52,763 nucleotides of DNA from Ignavibacteriales bacterium (GTDB taxonomy: Bacteria > Bacteroidota > Ignavibacteria > T3Sed10-11), in NCBI GenBank assembly GCA_003567775.1, contig PWYR01000003.1, positions 1 to 52,763 on the forward strand. The letters are read 5' to 3'. Below, one piece after another: positions 37,636-45,792 of this stretch; the stretch's first letter is position 1; each line of letters opens with the position of its first letter. The notes under the pieces are model-generated. The model was not told where the DNA came from. It saw nothing but the letters and a program-made list of their open reading frames with translations, and searched no databases. The translations under genes and the position numbers were made by a program.

Positions 37636-39705
37636 TTGGAATCAATACAACAAAAAAGAATATTGGTCACGGCAGCGCTGCCGTATGCAAACGGTCATCT
37701 CCATCTCGGACACCTTGCCGGCGCATATCTTCCGGCCGATATATACGTACGGTATCAGCGATTGAAACAGCGGGATATAGTGTTTATCTGCGGCTCGGAT
37801 GAGCATGGGGTACCGATTACGATAACCGCAGAGAAAGAAAAAACGACCCCGAAAGCGGTTGTCGACCGTTATCACGAAGCAAATAAAAAGGCATTCGAGC
37901 GGTTTCACATGAGTTTTGACAGCTATTCCCGTACCTCGTTGCCGCTTCATCACGAAACCGCGAAGGAATTTTTTCTTGATTTTTATAATAAGGGCATATT
38001 AAAAGAGAAGGCGGAGAAACAACTCTACTGTGAAAAAGACGCAATGTTTCTGGCAGACCGGTATGTCGAGGGAACCTGCCCGAATTGTAATAATCCGGGC
38101 GCGCGCGGCGACCAATGTGAAAATTGCGGTAATTGGCTAAACCAGGAAGATTTAATCGACCCGAAGTGCAAAATTTGCGCAAGTACGCCGGTGCTCCGCG
38201 AAACGAAACACTGGTATTTTCCCCTTGGCAAGTATCAAGAGCAGCTCGAAGTTTATGTAGAAGAGCGTCACAAACGCGATGGGTGGAAGGATAATGTGTT
38301 GCAATATTGCCGGAGCTGGTTTAAGGATGGGCTTCAGGATCGCGCAGTAACACGCGACCTAACGTGGGGTGTTCCCGTTCCGCTGGAAGGATATCCGAAT
38401 AAAGTTTTGTATGTATGGTTTGATGCTGTGCTCGGATATATTTCTTCAACAAAAGAATGGGCGAATCGGAAAGGCAATCCCGATGATTGGAAACGCTACT
38501 GGCAGCAGGATGATACAAAATATGTTGCGTTCATCGGTAAAGATAATGTTGTATTCCATTGTATAGTTTTTCCGGCAATGCTGATGGCAAGAGATGGGTA
38601 TATTCTACCGGAAAATGTACCGGCGAACGAATTTCTCAACTTCGAAGGTCAGAAGTTCTCGAAAAGTCGCGGATGGGGAATAGATCTGAAGGATTTTCTG
38701 AATGAGTTTCCGGATGCGGATGCGCTTCGATACGCGATCGCGGTAAATCTTCCCGAATATCACGATAGTGATTTTTATCTCAGGGATTATCAGGCGCGCA
38801 ACAACAACGAACTTGCTTCGATACTCGGCAATTTTGTCAACCGGACATTAACTTTTGTACAGAAAAATTTCGATAATACAGTCCCATCGCAGACGGCGTT
38901 GACCGATCAAGACAATGCTCATCTTGAGTATCTAAAAAACGCGCCGGCTGAAATAGGCAACCACTACGAACAATATCGGTTTCGCGACGGCTTGCTTGCC
39001 GTTATGAATGTTGCACGCGCGGCGAATAAATATTTTAACGATTCGGCGCCCTGGAAAACGATAAATGACGATCCGGAACGATGCCGGACTGCGATGCATG
39101 TGTGTCTGCAAACGGTTCGTACACTTGCCGTTCTTATAGAACCGGTGCTGCCGTCCGCAGCGCTAAAGATTTGGAATATGTTGAATTTAAAATCGCTGCA
39201 CGCAGAGCAATGGGATCGAGCAGGCATACCCGCTCTTTCTCCGGGACATAAGCTCGGTGGAAGCAAAATCCTTTTTACACGCATTGAAGATAAAGAGATA
39301 GACCGTGTGCTCGAACAATTGGAAGCTGAATCTCGTAAAACCGAATCCCCGAAAAATTCGGAGGTCGCGCCGGTAAAACCACAGGTCGATATCGAAGACT
39401 TTATGAAAGTAGATCTACGTATTGCGAAAGTAGCTGCTTGCGAAAAAGTGAAAAAGTCGAAAAAGCTGCTGAAAATTTCAATAGACCTTGGAAGCGAGAA
39501 ACGGACGGTTGTAGCCGGTATCGCTGAACAGTATAAACCGGAGGATCTTATCGGAAAGAATGTCGTGATTGTGGCAAATCTTAAGCCGGCAAAACTAATG
39601 GGAGTCGAATCGAAAGGAATGATTTTAGCTGCAATAGGCGAAAACGATAATCCTATACTGCTTATGCCCGAAAAAGATCTGTCCCCGGGAAGTACTGTTC
39701 GATGA
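37636..39705 (+). CDS. metG: Methionine--tRNA ligase with C-terminal tRNA-binding (Trbp111/EMAP-like) domain
   Basis: 'ALPYANGHLHLGHL' (HIGH), zinc knuckles 'CPNCNN...CENCG' and 'KFSKSRG' (KMSKS). C-terminal 'VDLRIAKV...GVESKGMIL'. TTG start preceded by aacgagg. Confidence 0.95.
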   Translation: MESIQQKRILVTAALPYANGHLHLGHLAGAYLPADIYVRYQRLKQRDIVFICGSDEHGVPITITAEKEKTTPKAVVDRYHEANKKAFERFHMSFDSYSRTSLPLHHETAKEFFLDFYNKGILKEKAEKQLYCEKDAMFLADRYVEGTCPNCNNPGARGDQCENCGNWLNQEDLIDPKCKICASTPVLRETKHWYFPLGKYQEQLEVYVEERHKRDGWKDNVLQYCRSWFKDGLQDRAVTRDLTWGVPVPLEGYPNKVLYVWFDAVLGYISSTKEWANRKGNPDDWKRYWQQDDTKYVAFIGKDNVVFHCIVFPAMLMARDGYILPENVPANEFLNFEGQKFSKSRGWGIDLKDFLNEFPDADALRYAIAVNLPEYHDSDFYLRDYQARNNNELASILGNFVNRTLTFVQKNFDNTVPSQTALTDQDNAHLEYLKNAPAEIGNHYEQYRFRDGLLAVMNVARAANKYFNDSAPWKTINDDPERCRTAMHVCLQTVRTLAVLIEPVLPSAALKIWNMLNLKSLHAEQWDRAGIPALSPGHKLGGSKILFTRIEDKEIDRVLEQLEAESRKTESPKNSEVAPVKPQVDIEDFMKVDLRIAKVAACEKVKKSKKLLKISIDLGSEKRTVVAGIAEQYKPEDLIGKNVVIVANLKPAKLMGVESKGMILAAIGENDNPILLMPEKDLSPGSTVR

Positions 39706-39722
39706 ACATATAGATAATAAGT

Positions 39723-40238
39723 ATGGAAATTAAATTGATGAAACAACAATATTTCTTTTTGGTTTGTATTGTGGGTGCTATACTGTTGATCGTCGCCGGC
39801 TGTGATCACGGTTTGAATCCCGAAGAAGATATTTTTGATTCGGGTTTTGACGGAACAGTTACGCTGGTCGAAGAATGGCCGGAAGATAGTGAAGTCAGAA
39901 TGTTGTATATTTTTGTTTTTGAAACGATACCCCTGGATTCAGCCGATGCTGTAAACCAGTTTTTTCAGGGAAAGATTCATTTCGATGAACTGAGACCTCC
40001 GTTTCAAAACGAATATACTTACTCTTTTAATATCGATCCCGGCGTCTATGAACTCGTTGCATGCATCGGAATCCGGGGCGATAATTTTTTCGATCTATCT
40101 ACCTGGATGCTTTCGGGAATATTCACGGAGACCGATAATCCTTTAGAACCGACGCCGGTTACGGTTTCGCCGGACGAACGTCGCTCTGATGTGAATATAC
40201 AAGCGTCGGTAATACATCCGCTGCCGCTTCCGTTTTAA
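39723..40238 (+). CDS. Hypothetical lipoprotein
   Basis: 171-aa ORF with lipobox 'IVAGCD', 21 nt upstream of the TonB-dependent receptor gene. Confidence 0.5.
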   Translation: MEIKLMKQQYFFLVCIVGAILLIVAGCDHGLNPEEDIFDSGFDGTVTLVEEWPEDSEVRMLYIFVFETIPLDSADAVNQFFQGKIHFDELRPPFQNEYTYSFNIDPGVYELVACIGIRGDNFFDLSTWMLSGIFTETDNPLEPTPVTVSPDERRSDVNIQASVIHPLPLPF

Positions 40239-40259
40239 TATGAAGAGGGAATTACACAG

Positions 40260-42440
40260 ATGAAGTATATATTGATTGGTGTAGGGCTGAGCGTACTATC
40301 GATTGCTTCATTTTCTTTTGCACAGGGAACGATAGACGGCGCCGTTGTGGATCGGGAAACACAGTTACCGCTTCCGGGTGCGAATGTGTTTTTACAAGGC
40401 ACCGTGATCGGTTCGGTAACCGATAGCGATGGATACTTCAGCATCAGAAATGTTCCAGATGAACGGATAACGCTCGTTGTTACAATGATCGGCTACGCAA
40501 GATTTACACAAACCGATGTTCACATTGCTCCGGGTGAAACGCAATCATTTACTATAGAACTCCGTCCGACAGTAATCGAAACGTCGCCCGTTGTCGTTAC
40601 CGCTACAAAGACCGAGCGTTCGCTTCGTGACGTTCCGACCAGTGTATCGGTTATGCAGTCACGGGAAATCGAACGGCGCAATGTATTTTCAATTGATGAA
40701 GTGCTGAGGAATATACCCGGTGTTCATTTTAATCTCTCGCAGATAAATATACGAGGATCGAGCGGGTATAGCCACGGCGCCGGCAGCAGGGTAATGCTCC
40801 TTGTCGATGGTGTACCACTGCTTTCGGGAGATTCGGGAGAAATAACGTGGGAGCTTATTCCGGTTGATCAAATCGAGCGAGTTGAGGTAGTAAAAGGCGC
40901 AGGTTCGACATTATACGGTTCAAGTGCTCTCGGCGGCGTGGTGAATATTATTACACGCGATCTGCCGGAGCGATCGATGACTGCGGTGCGAATGCAGGGC
41001 GGCGTTTATGACAAACCCCATTATTCCGAATGGCAATGGAGCGAAAGATCGCGCTATAAACATAATATGCATATATCGCACGGTCAGCAAATAGGGAATG
41101 TACAGGTAGTCGGTTCGCTTGGTGCGTTAAACGACGACAGTTACCGCAGAAACGATTCGCGCCGGAGAATCATGGGGTATCTGAAAGGAAGATACACCCT
41201 TTCGCCGTATCAATCCCTCACGGTCTCAAGTTTTTTCTTAAACCAAATCCGTCATAACTTTTTGTACTGGAGTTCTTTTGATAACCCACTTGAACCGTTT
41301 GAAGAACAGATAGGTGAAGAAGTCGAATCGTTTCGCATTCAATCGAATGTTCAATACAGGCACGTGTTCGGAAGCGAATCATTCCTTACCGCGCGCACGT
41401 CGTGGTATCATACCGACTGGGAGGATAACATAGGTTCCAACGGTAATGCGAGCCGCTCAAATGTTTTCGGCGCCGAGGTACAATTTAATTCTACCGTCGG
41501 GCGATCGCATTTTTTAGTATCGGGCGTCGATGTATCGTACCATACTGTGGATTCGGATATTTTCGGTACGCGAAGCGGATATGTTTTTGCAGCTTATGTA
41601 CAGGATGAATGGAACATCACGACGCCTTTGCGGATTACGGGCGGTGTACGGTTTGATATAACGCGTCTCGATACAATCGATACATTTATGAATATCAGCC
41701 CGCGAGCCGGTATTGTTTATACTGCATTACCCCACCTGACCTTTAGAGCATCGACCGGCGCCGGATTTCGCGCACCTGCCGTTGCTGAGGCGTTCGCAAT
41801 GACAGCCGCATCCGGTCTCATCGTTAGACCGAACCCGGATCTTGACGCCGAACGTAGCTGGTCGTTTGAAGCAGGCGTCAATGCGGATATCACGAATTGG
41901 ATGAATATTGATGCCGCTGTTTTCCAAAATGAGTACTCCGATATGATCGAACCGGAAGCCAGAATAGAAGAGGAAGGATTAACAGCACAATTTATAAATC
42001 TTGTCAGAGCGCGTGTCCGGGGGGCGGAAGCGGGCATAACATTTTCTTTCTTTGACCGTAGATTGCAGCCGCGTGTCGCGTACACATTTGTCGATGGCAG
42101 GGACCTGGATCTCGATGAACCGTTAAAGTACCGCCATAAACATATGCTTGTTACCGGTATGCTTGCACGTTATAGTGTAGGATGGATAGAAATCGACTAT
42201 CGATATTTGAGCAAAGTAGAAAACATTGATGATGAGTTAAGTATAATTGTTGATAAACCGGATAAACAAGTACCGGTGCACGTGGTAGATATTTCCGCAG
42301 GCGTTGAGGGAAGCATCGGCGGCATTCCGCTCAGATTTTCAGCAAGCATAAAGAACCTTCTGCAATATCATTATGTTGAGTTTGTTGCTAATGTGCAACC
42401 GATAAGACAATATATTGCATCGCTCCAGGTTATGATGTAA
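40260..42440 (+). CDS. TonB-dependent receptor with N-terminal carboxypeptidase-regulatory-like domain
   Basis: Signal peptide, then 'GTIDGAVVDRETQLPLPGANV' (CarboxypepD_reg). Plug 'VVVTATKTERSLRDVPTSVSVM' and 'IERVEVVKGAGSTLYGSSALGGVVNIIT', followed by a beta-barrel remainder. Confidence 0.85.
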   Translation: MKYILIGVGLSVLSIASFSFAQGTIDGAVVDRETQLPLPGANVFLQGTVIGSVTDSDGYFSIRNVPDERITLVVTMIGYARFTQTDVHIAPGETQSFTIELRPTVIETSPVVVTATKTERSLRDVPTSVSVMQSREIERRNVFSIDEVLRNIPGVHFNLSQINIRGSSGYSHGAGSRVMLLVDGVPLLSGDSGEITWELIPVDQIERVEVVKGAGSTLYGSSALGGVVNIITRDLPERSMTAVRMQGGVYDKPHYSEWQWSERSRYKHNMHISHGQQIGNVQVVGSLGALNDDSYRRNDSRRRIMGYLKGRYTLSPYQSLTVSSFFLNQIRHNFLYWSSFDNPLEPFEEQIGEEVESFRIQSNVQYRHVFGSESFLTARTSWYHTDWEDNIGSNGNASRSNVFGAEVQFNSTVGRSHFLVSGVDVSYHTVDSDIFGTRSGYVFAAYVQDEWNITTPLRITGGVRFDITRLDTIDTFMNISPRAGIVYTALPHLTFRASTGAGFRAPAVAEAFAMTAASGLIVRPNPDLDAERSWSFEAGVNADITNWMNIDAAVFQNEYSDMIEPEARIEEEGLTAQFINLVRARVRGAEAGITFSFFDRRLQPRVAYTFVDGRDLDLDEPLKYRHKHMLVTGMLARYSVGWIEIDYRYLSKVENIDDELSIIVDKPDKQVPVHVVDISAGVEGSIGGIPLRFSASIKNLLQYHYVEFVANVQPIRQYIASLQVMM

Positions 42441-42487
42441 AGTATGTGCCTGTTTTTAAAAAAATACAACTGAAAAGCTTTAAATAT

Positions 42488-43894
42488 ATGTTGATAGACA
42501 CACATGTACACTTATACGATAAGCAATTCGACGATGACCGAGATGAGGTTATTCACCGGGCAATCGATGAAGGAGTCCATGCATTCATTGTGCCGGGGAT
42601 AGACGTTGCAACGAGTCATGAAGCAATTGCCCTGAGTGAAAAGTACGATGAGATTTACGCTGCTGTGGGAATACATCCGCACGAATCAGTTAGGATTGCG
42701 AACGGCGATATCGAGACAATAAAAAAATTATCGCATCACAAGAAAGTCGTCGCGATCGGCGAGATTGGTCTCGATTATCATTATGATTTCAGCCCGAAGG
42801 ATCAACAGCAGAAAATATTCCGTCAACAACTGCAAATTGCAAATGAACGAAATCTTCCGGTAATCGTTCACAACCGGAAAGCTGTAGACGATACGCGGTT
42901 GATTCTACGTGAAACGATAGCAAAATATCCCGATTGGCGAAATTTTCCGCCGACTCAATACAGCAATGATACTGCTCCCAGAGGGGTGCTTCACTGTTTC
43001 GACGGGACTCTTGAAGATGCGTGGGATATGATAAAAATGAAATTTCATGTTTCATTTCCCGGTATTTTAACATTCAGGAACGCGCGTGAACCGGCGCGAA
43101 TTGCATCGTCATTATCGATCGAACATATGATGCTTGAAACCGACGCTCCCTACATGGCCCCGGCGCCGCACCGCGGTAAAAGGAATGAACCTGCTTATGT
43201 TCGGCTCGTTGCCGGGAAGCTCGCAGAATTACAGGGATTATCGCTCGAAGATATAGTGCGATCAACGTCGTATACGGTATTTCGATTGTTCGGGATCGGT
43301 ACACAACCGTCCCCAAAGATCGCCTATAAGATAAGAAACTCATTGTACCTTAATATTACCCGGCGCTGTAATGCCGATTGTTATTTCTGTGACCGGAAAG
43401 GGGAAGCGGTTGTGAAAGGTCACAATCTTCGTATCGAAAAGGAACCGGACGTTGAGGAGATTATCGAATCTATCGGGAATCCGAAGGTATATGATGAAGT
43501 TGTTTTCTGCGGCTATGGTGAACCGACCATCAGGTTGGATGCTGTAAAGCAAGTCGCACGATGGATAAAAGAGAATGGCGGAAAAGTCCGTTTGAATACC
43601 GACGGTCACGGAGATGTGATTAACAAACGGAACATTGTACCCGAGTTAGTCGGTTTGGTCGATTCGGTTTCGATTAGCTTAAACTCTATTGATCCCGAAC
43701 AATATGGAAAAATAATGGGTATTGATGGCGAACGCTTTCACCGTGCAATGGTGGATTTTGCACGCGAAGTAAAGAAATATATAAACGATGTCACAATGAC
43801 TATCGTTGATATCGCTGAGGTAGATGTCGAGAGCGCAAGAAAGTTTGTGGAAGATGAAGTCGGCGTCAATTTTAAAAATCGTCAGTATTTTTAA
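42488..43894 (+). CDS. Fusion protein: TatD-family metal-dependent hydrolase plus a TatD-associated-type radical SAM domain
   Basis: N-terminal 'MLIDTHVHLYD', 'AIGEIGLDYHY', 'VIVHNR', 'GVLHCFDG' and 'LETDAPYM' (TatD). C-terminal 'LYLNITRRCNADCYFCDRKG' (CxxxCxxC at nt 43367-43390) and 'FCGYGEPT' (radical SAM). One uninterrupted frame. Confidence 0.8.
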   Translation: MLIDTHVHLYDKQFDDDRDEVIHRAIDEGVHAFIVPGIDVATSHEAIALSEKYDEIYAAVGIHPHESVRIANGDIETIKKLSHHKKVVAIGEIGLDYHYDFSPKDQQQKIFRQQLQIANERNLPVIVHNRKAVDDTRLILRETIAKYPDWRNFPPTQYSNDTAPRGVLHCFDGTLEDAWDMIKMKFHVSFPGILTFRNAREPARIASSLSIEHMMLETDAPYMAPAPHRGKRNEPAYVRLVAGKLAELQGLSLEDIVRSTSYTVFRLFGIGTQPSPKIAYKIRNSLYLNITRRCNADCYFCDRKGEAVVKGHNLRIEKEPDVEEIIESIGNPKVYDEVVFCGYGEPTIRLDAVKQVARWIKENGGKVRLNTDGHGDVINKRNIVPELVGLVDSVSISLNSIDPEQYGKIMGIDGERFHRAMVDFAREVKKYINDVTMTIVDIAEVDVESARKFVEDEVGVNFKNRQYF

Positions 43895-44101
43895 TCACTC
43901 CGTTTCGGAATAGGCGATTGCCCTTCTGCCATCTATGTCTATATCGATATGAACGACATTCGGGTGACAGCATACCCAGCAGTCTTCCACCAATGTTTGG
44001 TGAAGCCCTTCGCTCAGATCAACAACAACCTCATTTTCCTCAAAACAGTGAGAGCAGGAAAATGTTGTTAAATCTTCAAATGATACTTCAAATTGTTCCA
44101 T
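43895..44101 (-). CDS. CPXCG-motif cysteine-rich small protein
   Basis: 68 aa. 'FSCSHCFEENEVVVD...EDCWVCCHPNVV' matches the C-x2-C...C-x2-CC pattern of the CPXCG family. Its stop abuts the stop of the TatD-rSAM gene. Confidence 0.65.
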   Translation of the reverse strand: MEQFEVSFEDLTTFSCSHCFEENEVVVDLSEGLHQTLVEDCWVCCHPNVVHIDIDIDGRRAIAYSETE

Positions 44102-44266
44102 AGTTTTATCCCTTTATGCATAGTTAAATCTACTGTTTTTATAATAATAGTCAATAGCTGTTGCAAAGATTTAAATAAATGATCTTGCGTATTATCTGAA
44201 ATTTGATTTACTTATAAAAATGAAACAATCTCACTATTATCCAATTGTTACCAGGAGTTCGGTAGT

Positions 44267-45760
44267 ATGAGAAATCGCCTTCCCGATGTGTATTATAACC
44301 CGGTAAGTATGATTGGCGGGGCAATTGCAATCGTAAGTTTAGGAACTGTACTCTTTTTATTTTTCGTAGATCTGATTTCGGAAAGAACTGCTATCTATGT
44401 AGGTATCATTACCTATATTATTTTACCCAGTATTCTGGTGCTCGGCTTGCTGCTCATTCCAATAGGCGTCTATTTTCAACGGCGGCGTGAACGGAAATTC
44501 GGTAAGAGAGATCTCAATTTACCGCGTATAGATTTGAATGACCCGCGGCATCGGTTTGCTTTTTCACTTTTTTCATTGGGTACGATTTTGTTATTGCTCT
44601 TGACTGCAATCGGTAGTTATCGGGCTTATGAATATACCGACCGGACTGAGTTTTGCGGAGCGTTATGCCATGAAGTCATGGAACCGGAATACGTTACGTA
44701 TCTTGATTCTCCGCATGCACGGGTTCGGTGTGTGGATTGTCATGTCGGTCCCGGCGCGACATGGTTTGTCCGGTCAAAACTCGACGGTGCGTATCAGGTG
44801 TATGCAACTATCAGCGATATTTATCCACGCCCGATTCCAACACCGATAGAAAATTTGCGTCCGGCGCAGGAAACATGTGAAACATGCCATTGGCCTCTTC
44901 ACTTTTACGGCGACAAGAAACGGGTCGAAAACTATTTTCTTTCTGATCGTAACAATACACAATGGTCGATAAGTTTATTGATGAGAACGGGGGGCGGTAT
45001 GACCGAAACAGGACCTGCCGAGGGAATTCACTGGCACATGAATATTGCGAATACGATCGAGTATGCATATATCGATCAACAACGTGAGGAAATTGCCTGG
45101 GTTAGGGTTGAAGATATGGATGGGAACGTTACCGAATATTTCTCTACTGATTATCCGGTAACAAATGAAGAACTTGCAGATCTCGATACGCGTGTGATGG
45201 ATTGTATGGACTGTCACAATCGCCCGACGCACGTATTTGAACCGCCCGTCCGGTCGGTTAATAATTCACTTGCCTTCAATCAGTTGGATCATGAACTTCC
45301 ATACATTCGCCGGGTAGCAGTAGATGCAATCGTAGGAGAGTACTTGACGAAAGATGAGGCGTTAGAAGAAATAGATGAGTACATTACAAATTATTACCGG
45401 ACGAACTATCCGCGTGTCTATGGTGAGCGACAAGTGTCTGTGGAGCAGGCAGTCCGGGAAGTACAACGAATTTATTCACGTAATTTCTTCCCGACGATGA
45501 ATGTGAGCTGGAGAGTATATCCGAACCAAATCGGACATCTGGAGTATCCGGGATGTTTCAGATGCCATGCAAACAACATGTTCAGTCCCGATGGAAAAGA
45601 AATCTCCTCAGAATGCAACGACTGCCACATAGTTATGGCGCAGGGCGAAGGACCGCCGCGGCGTCAGTTAACCATCGATGGGTTGGAATTTGAACATCCG
45701 GTAGATATAGGTGATGCGTGGAAATATGTAGCGTGTCATACATGTCATACCGGTTCATAG
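44267..45760 (+). CDS. Inner-membrane multihaem c-type cytochrome, NapC/NirT-related, ImcH-like (three TM helices, seven haem motifs)
   Basis: Three N-terminal hydrophobic helices. Haem motifs are CGALCH (CX3CH), CVDCH, CETCH, CMDCH, CFRCH, CNDCH and CHTCH. 'CHEVMEPEYVTYLDSPHARVRCVDCHVGPG' is NapC/NirT-like. Confidence 0.7.
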   Translation: MRNRLPDVYYNPVSMIGGAIAIVSLGTVLFLFFVDLISERTAIYVGIITYIILPSILVLGLLLIPIGVYFQRRRERKFGKRDLNLPRIDLNDPRHRFAFSLFSLGTILLLLLTAIGSYRAYEYTDRTEFCGALCHEVMEPEYVTYLDSPHARVRCVDCHVGPGATWFVRSKLDGAYQVYATISDIYPRPIPTPIENLRPAQETCETCHWPLHFYGDKKRVENYFLSDRNNTQWSISLLMRTGGGMTETGPAEGIHWHMNIANTIEYAYIDQQREEIAWVRVEDMDGNVTEYFSTDYPVTNEELADLDTRVMDCMDCHNRPTHVFEPPVRSVNNSLAFNQLDHELPYIRRVAVDAIVGEYLTKDEALEEIDEYITNYYRTNYPRVYGERQVSVEQAVREVQRIYSRNFFPTMNVSWRVYPNQIGHLEYPGCFRCHANNMFSPDGKEISSECNDCHIVMAQGEGPPRRQLTIDGLEFEHPVDIGDAWKYVACHTCHTGS

Positions 45761-45792
45761 TTATATTTAATAATGTTATTTGAGGTGATAAT

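Noticed and set aside
38964-39809. 281-aa ORF on the minus strand, antisense to metG
   Set aside because: It lies entirely inside a well-supported metG frame with HIGH/KMSKS motifs. Its translation is S/R/F/A-rich low complexity with no motif, which is typical of a shadow ORF.
42420-42440. The TonB-dependent receptor ends in '...LQVMM' and not in the usual terminal aromatic residue
   Set aside because: The C-terminal Phe/Trp rule is best established for Proteobacteria and varies in other phyla. This is not enough to call a truncation or pseudogene.
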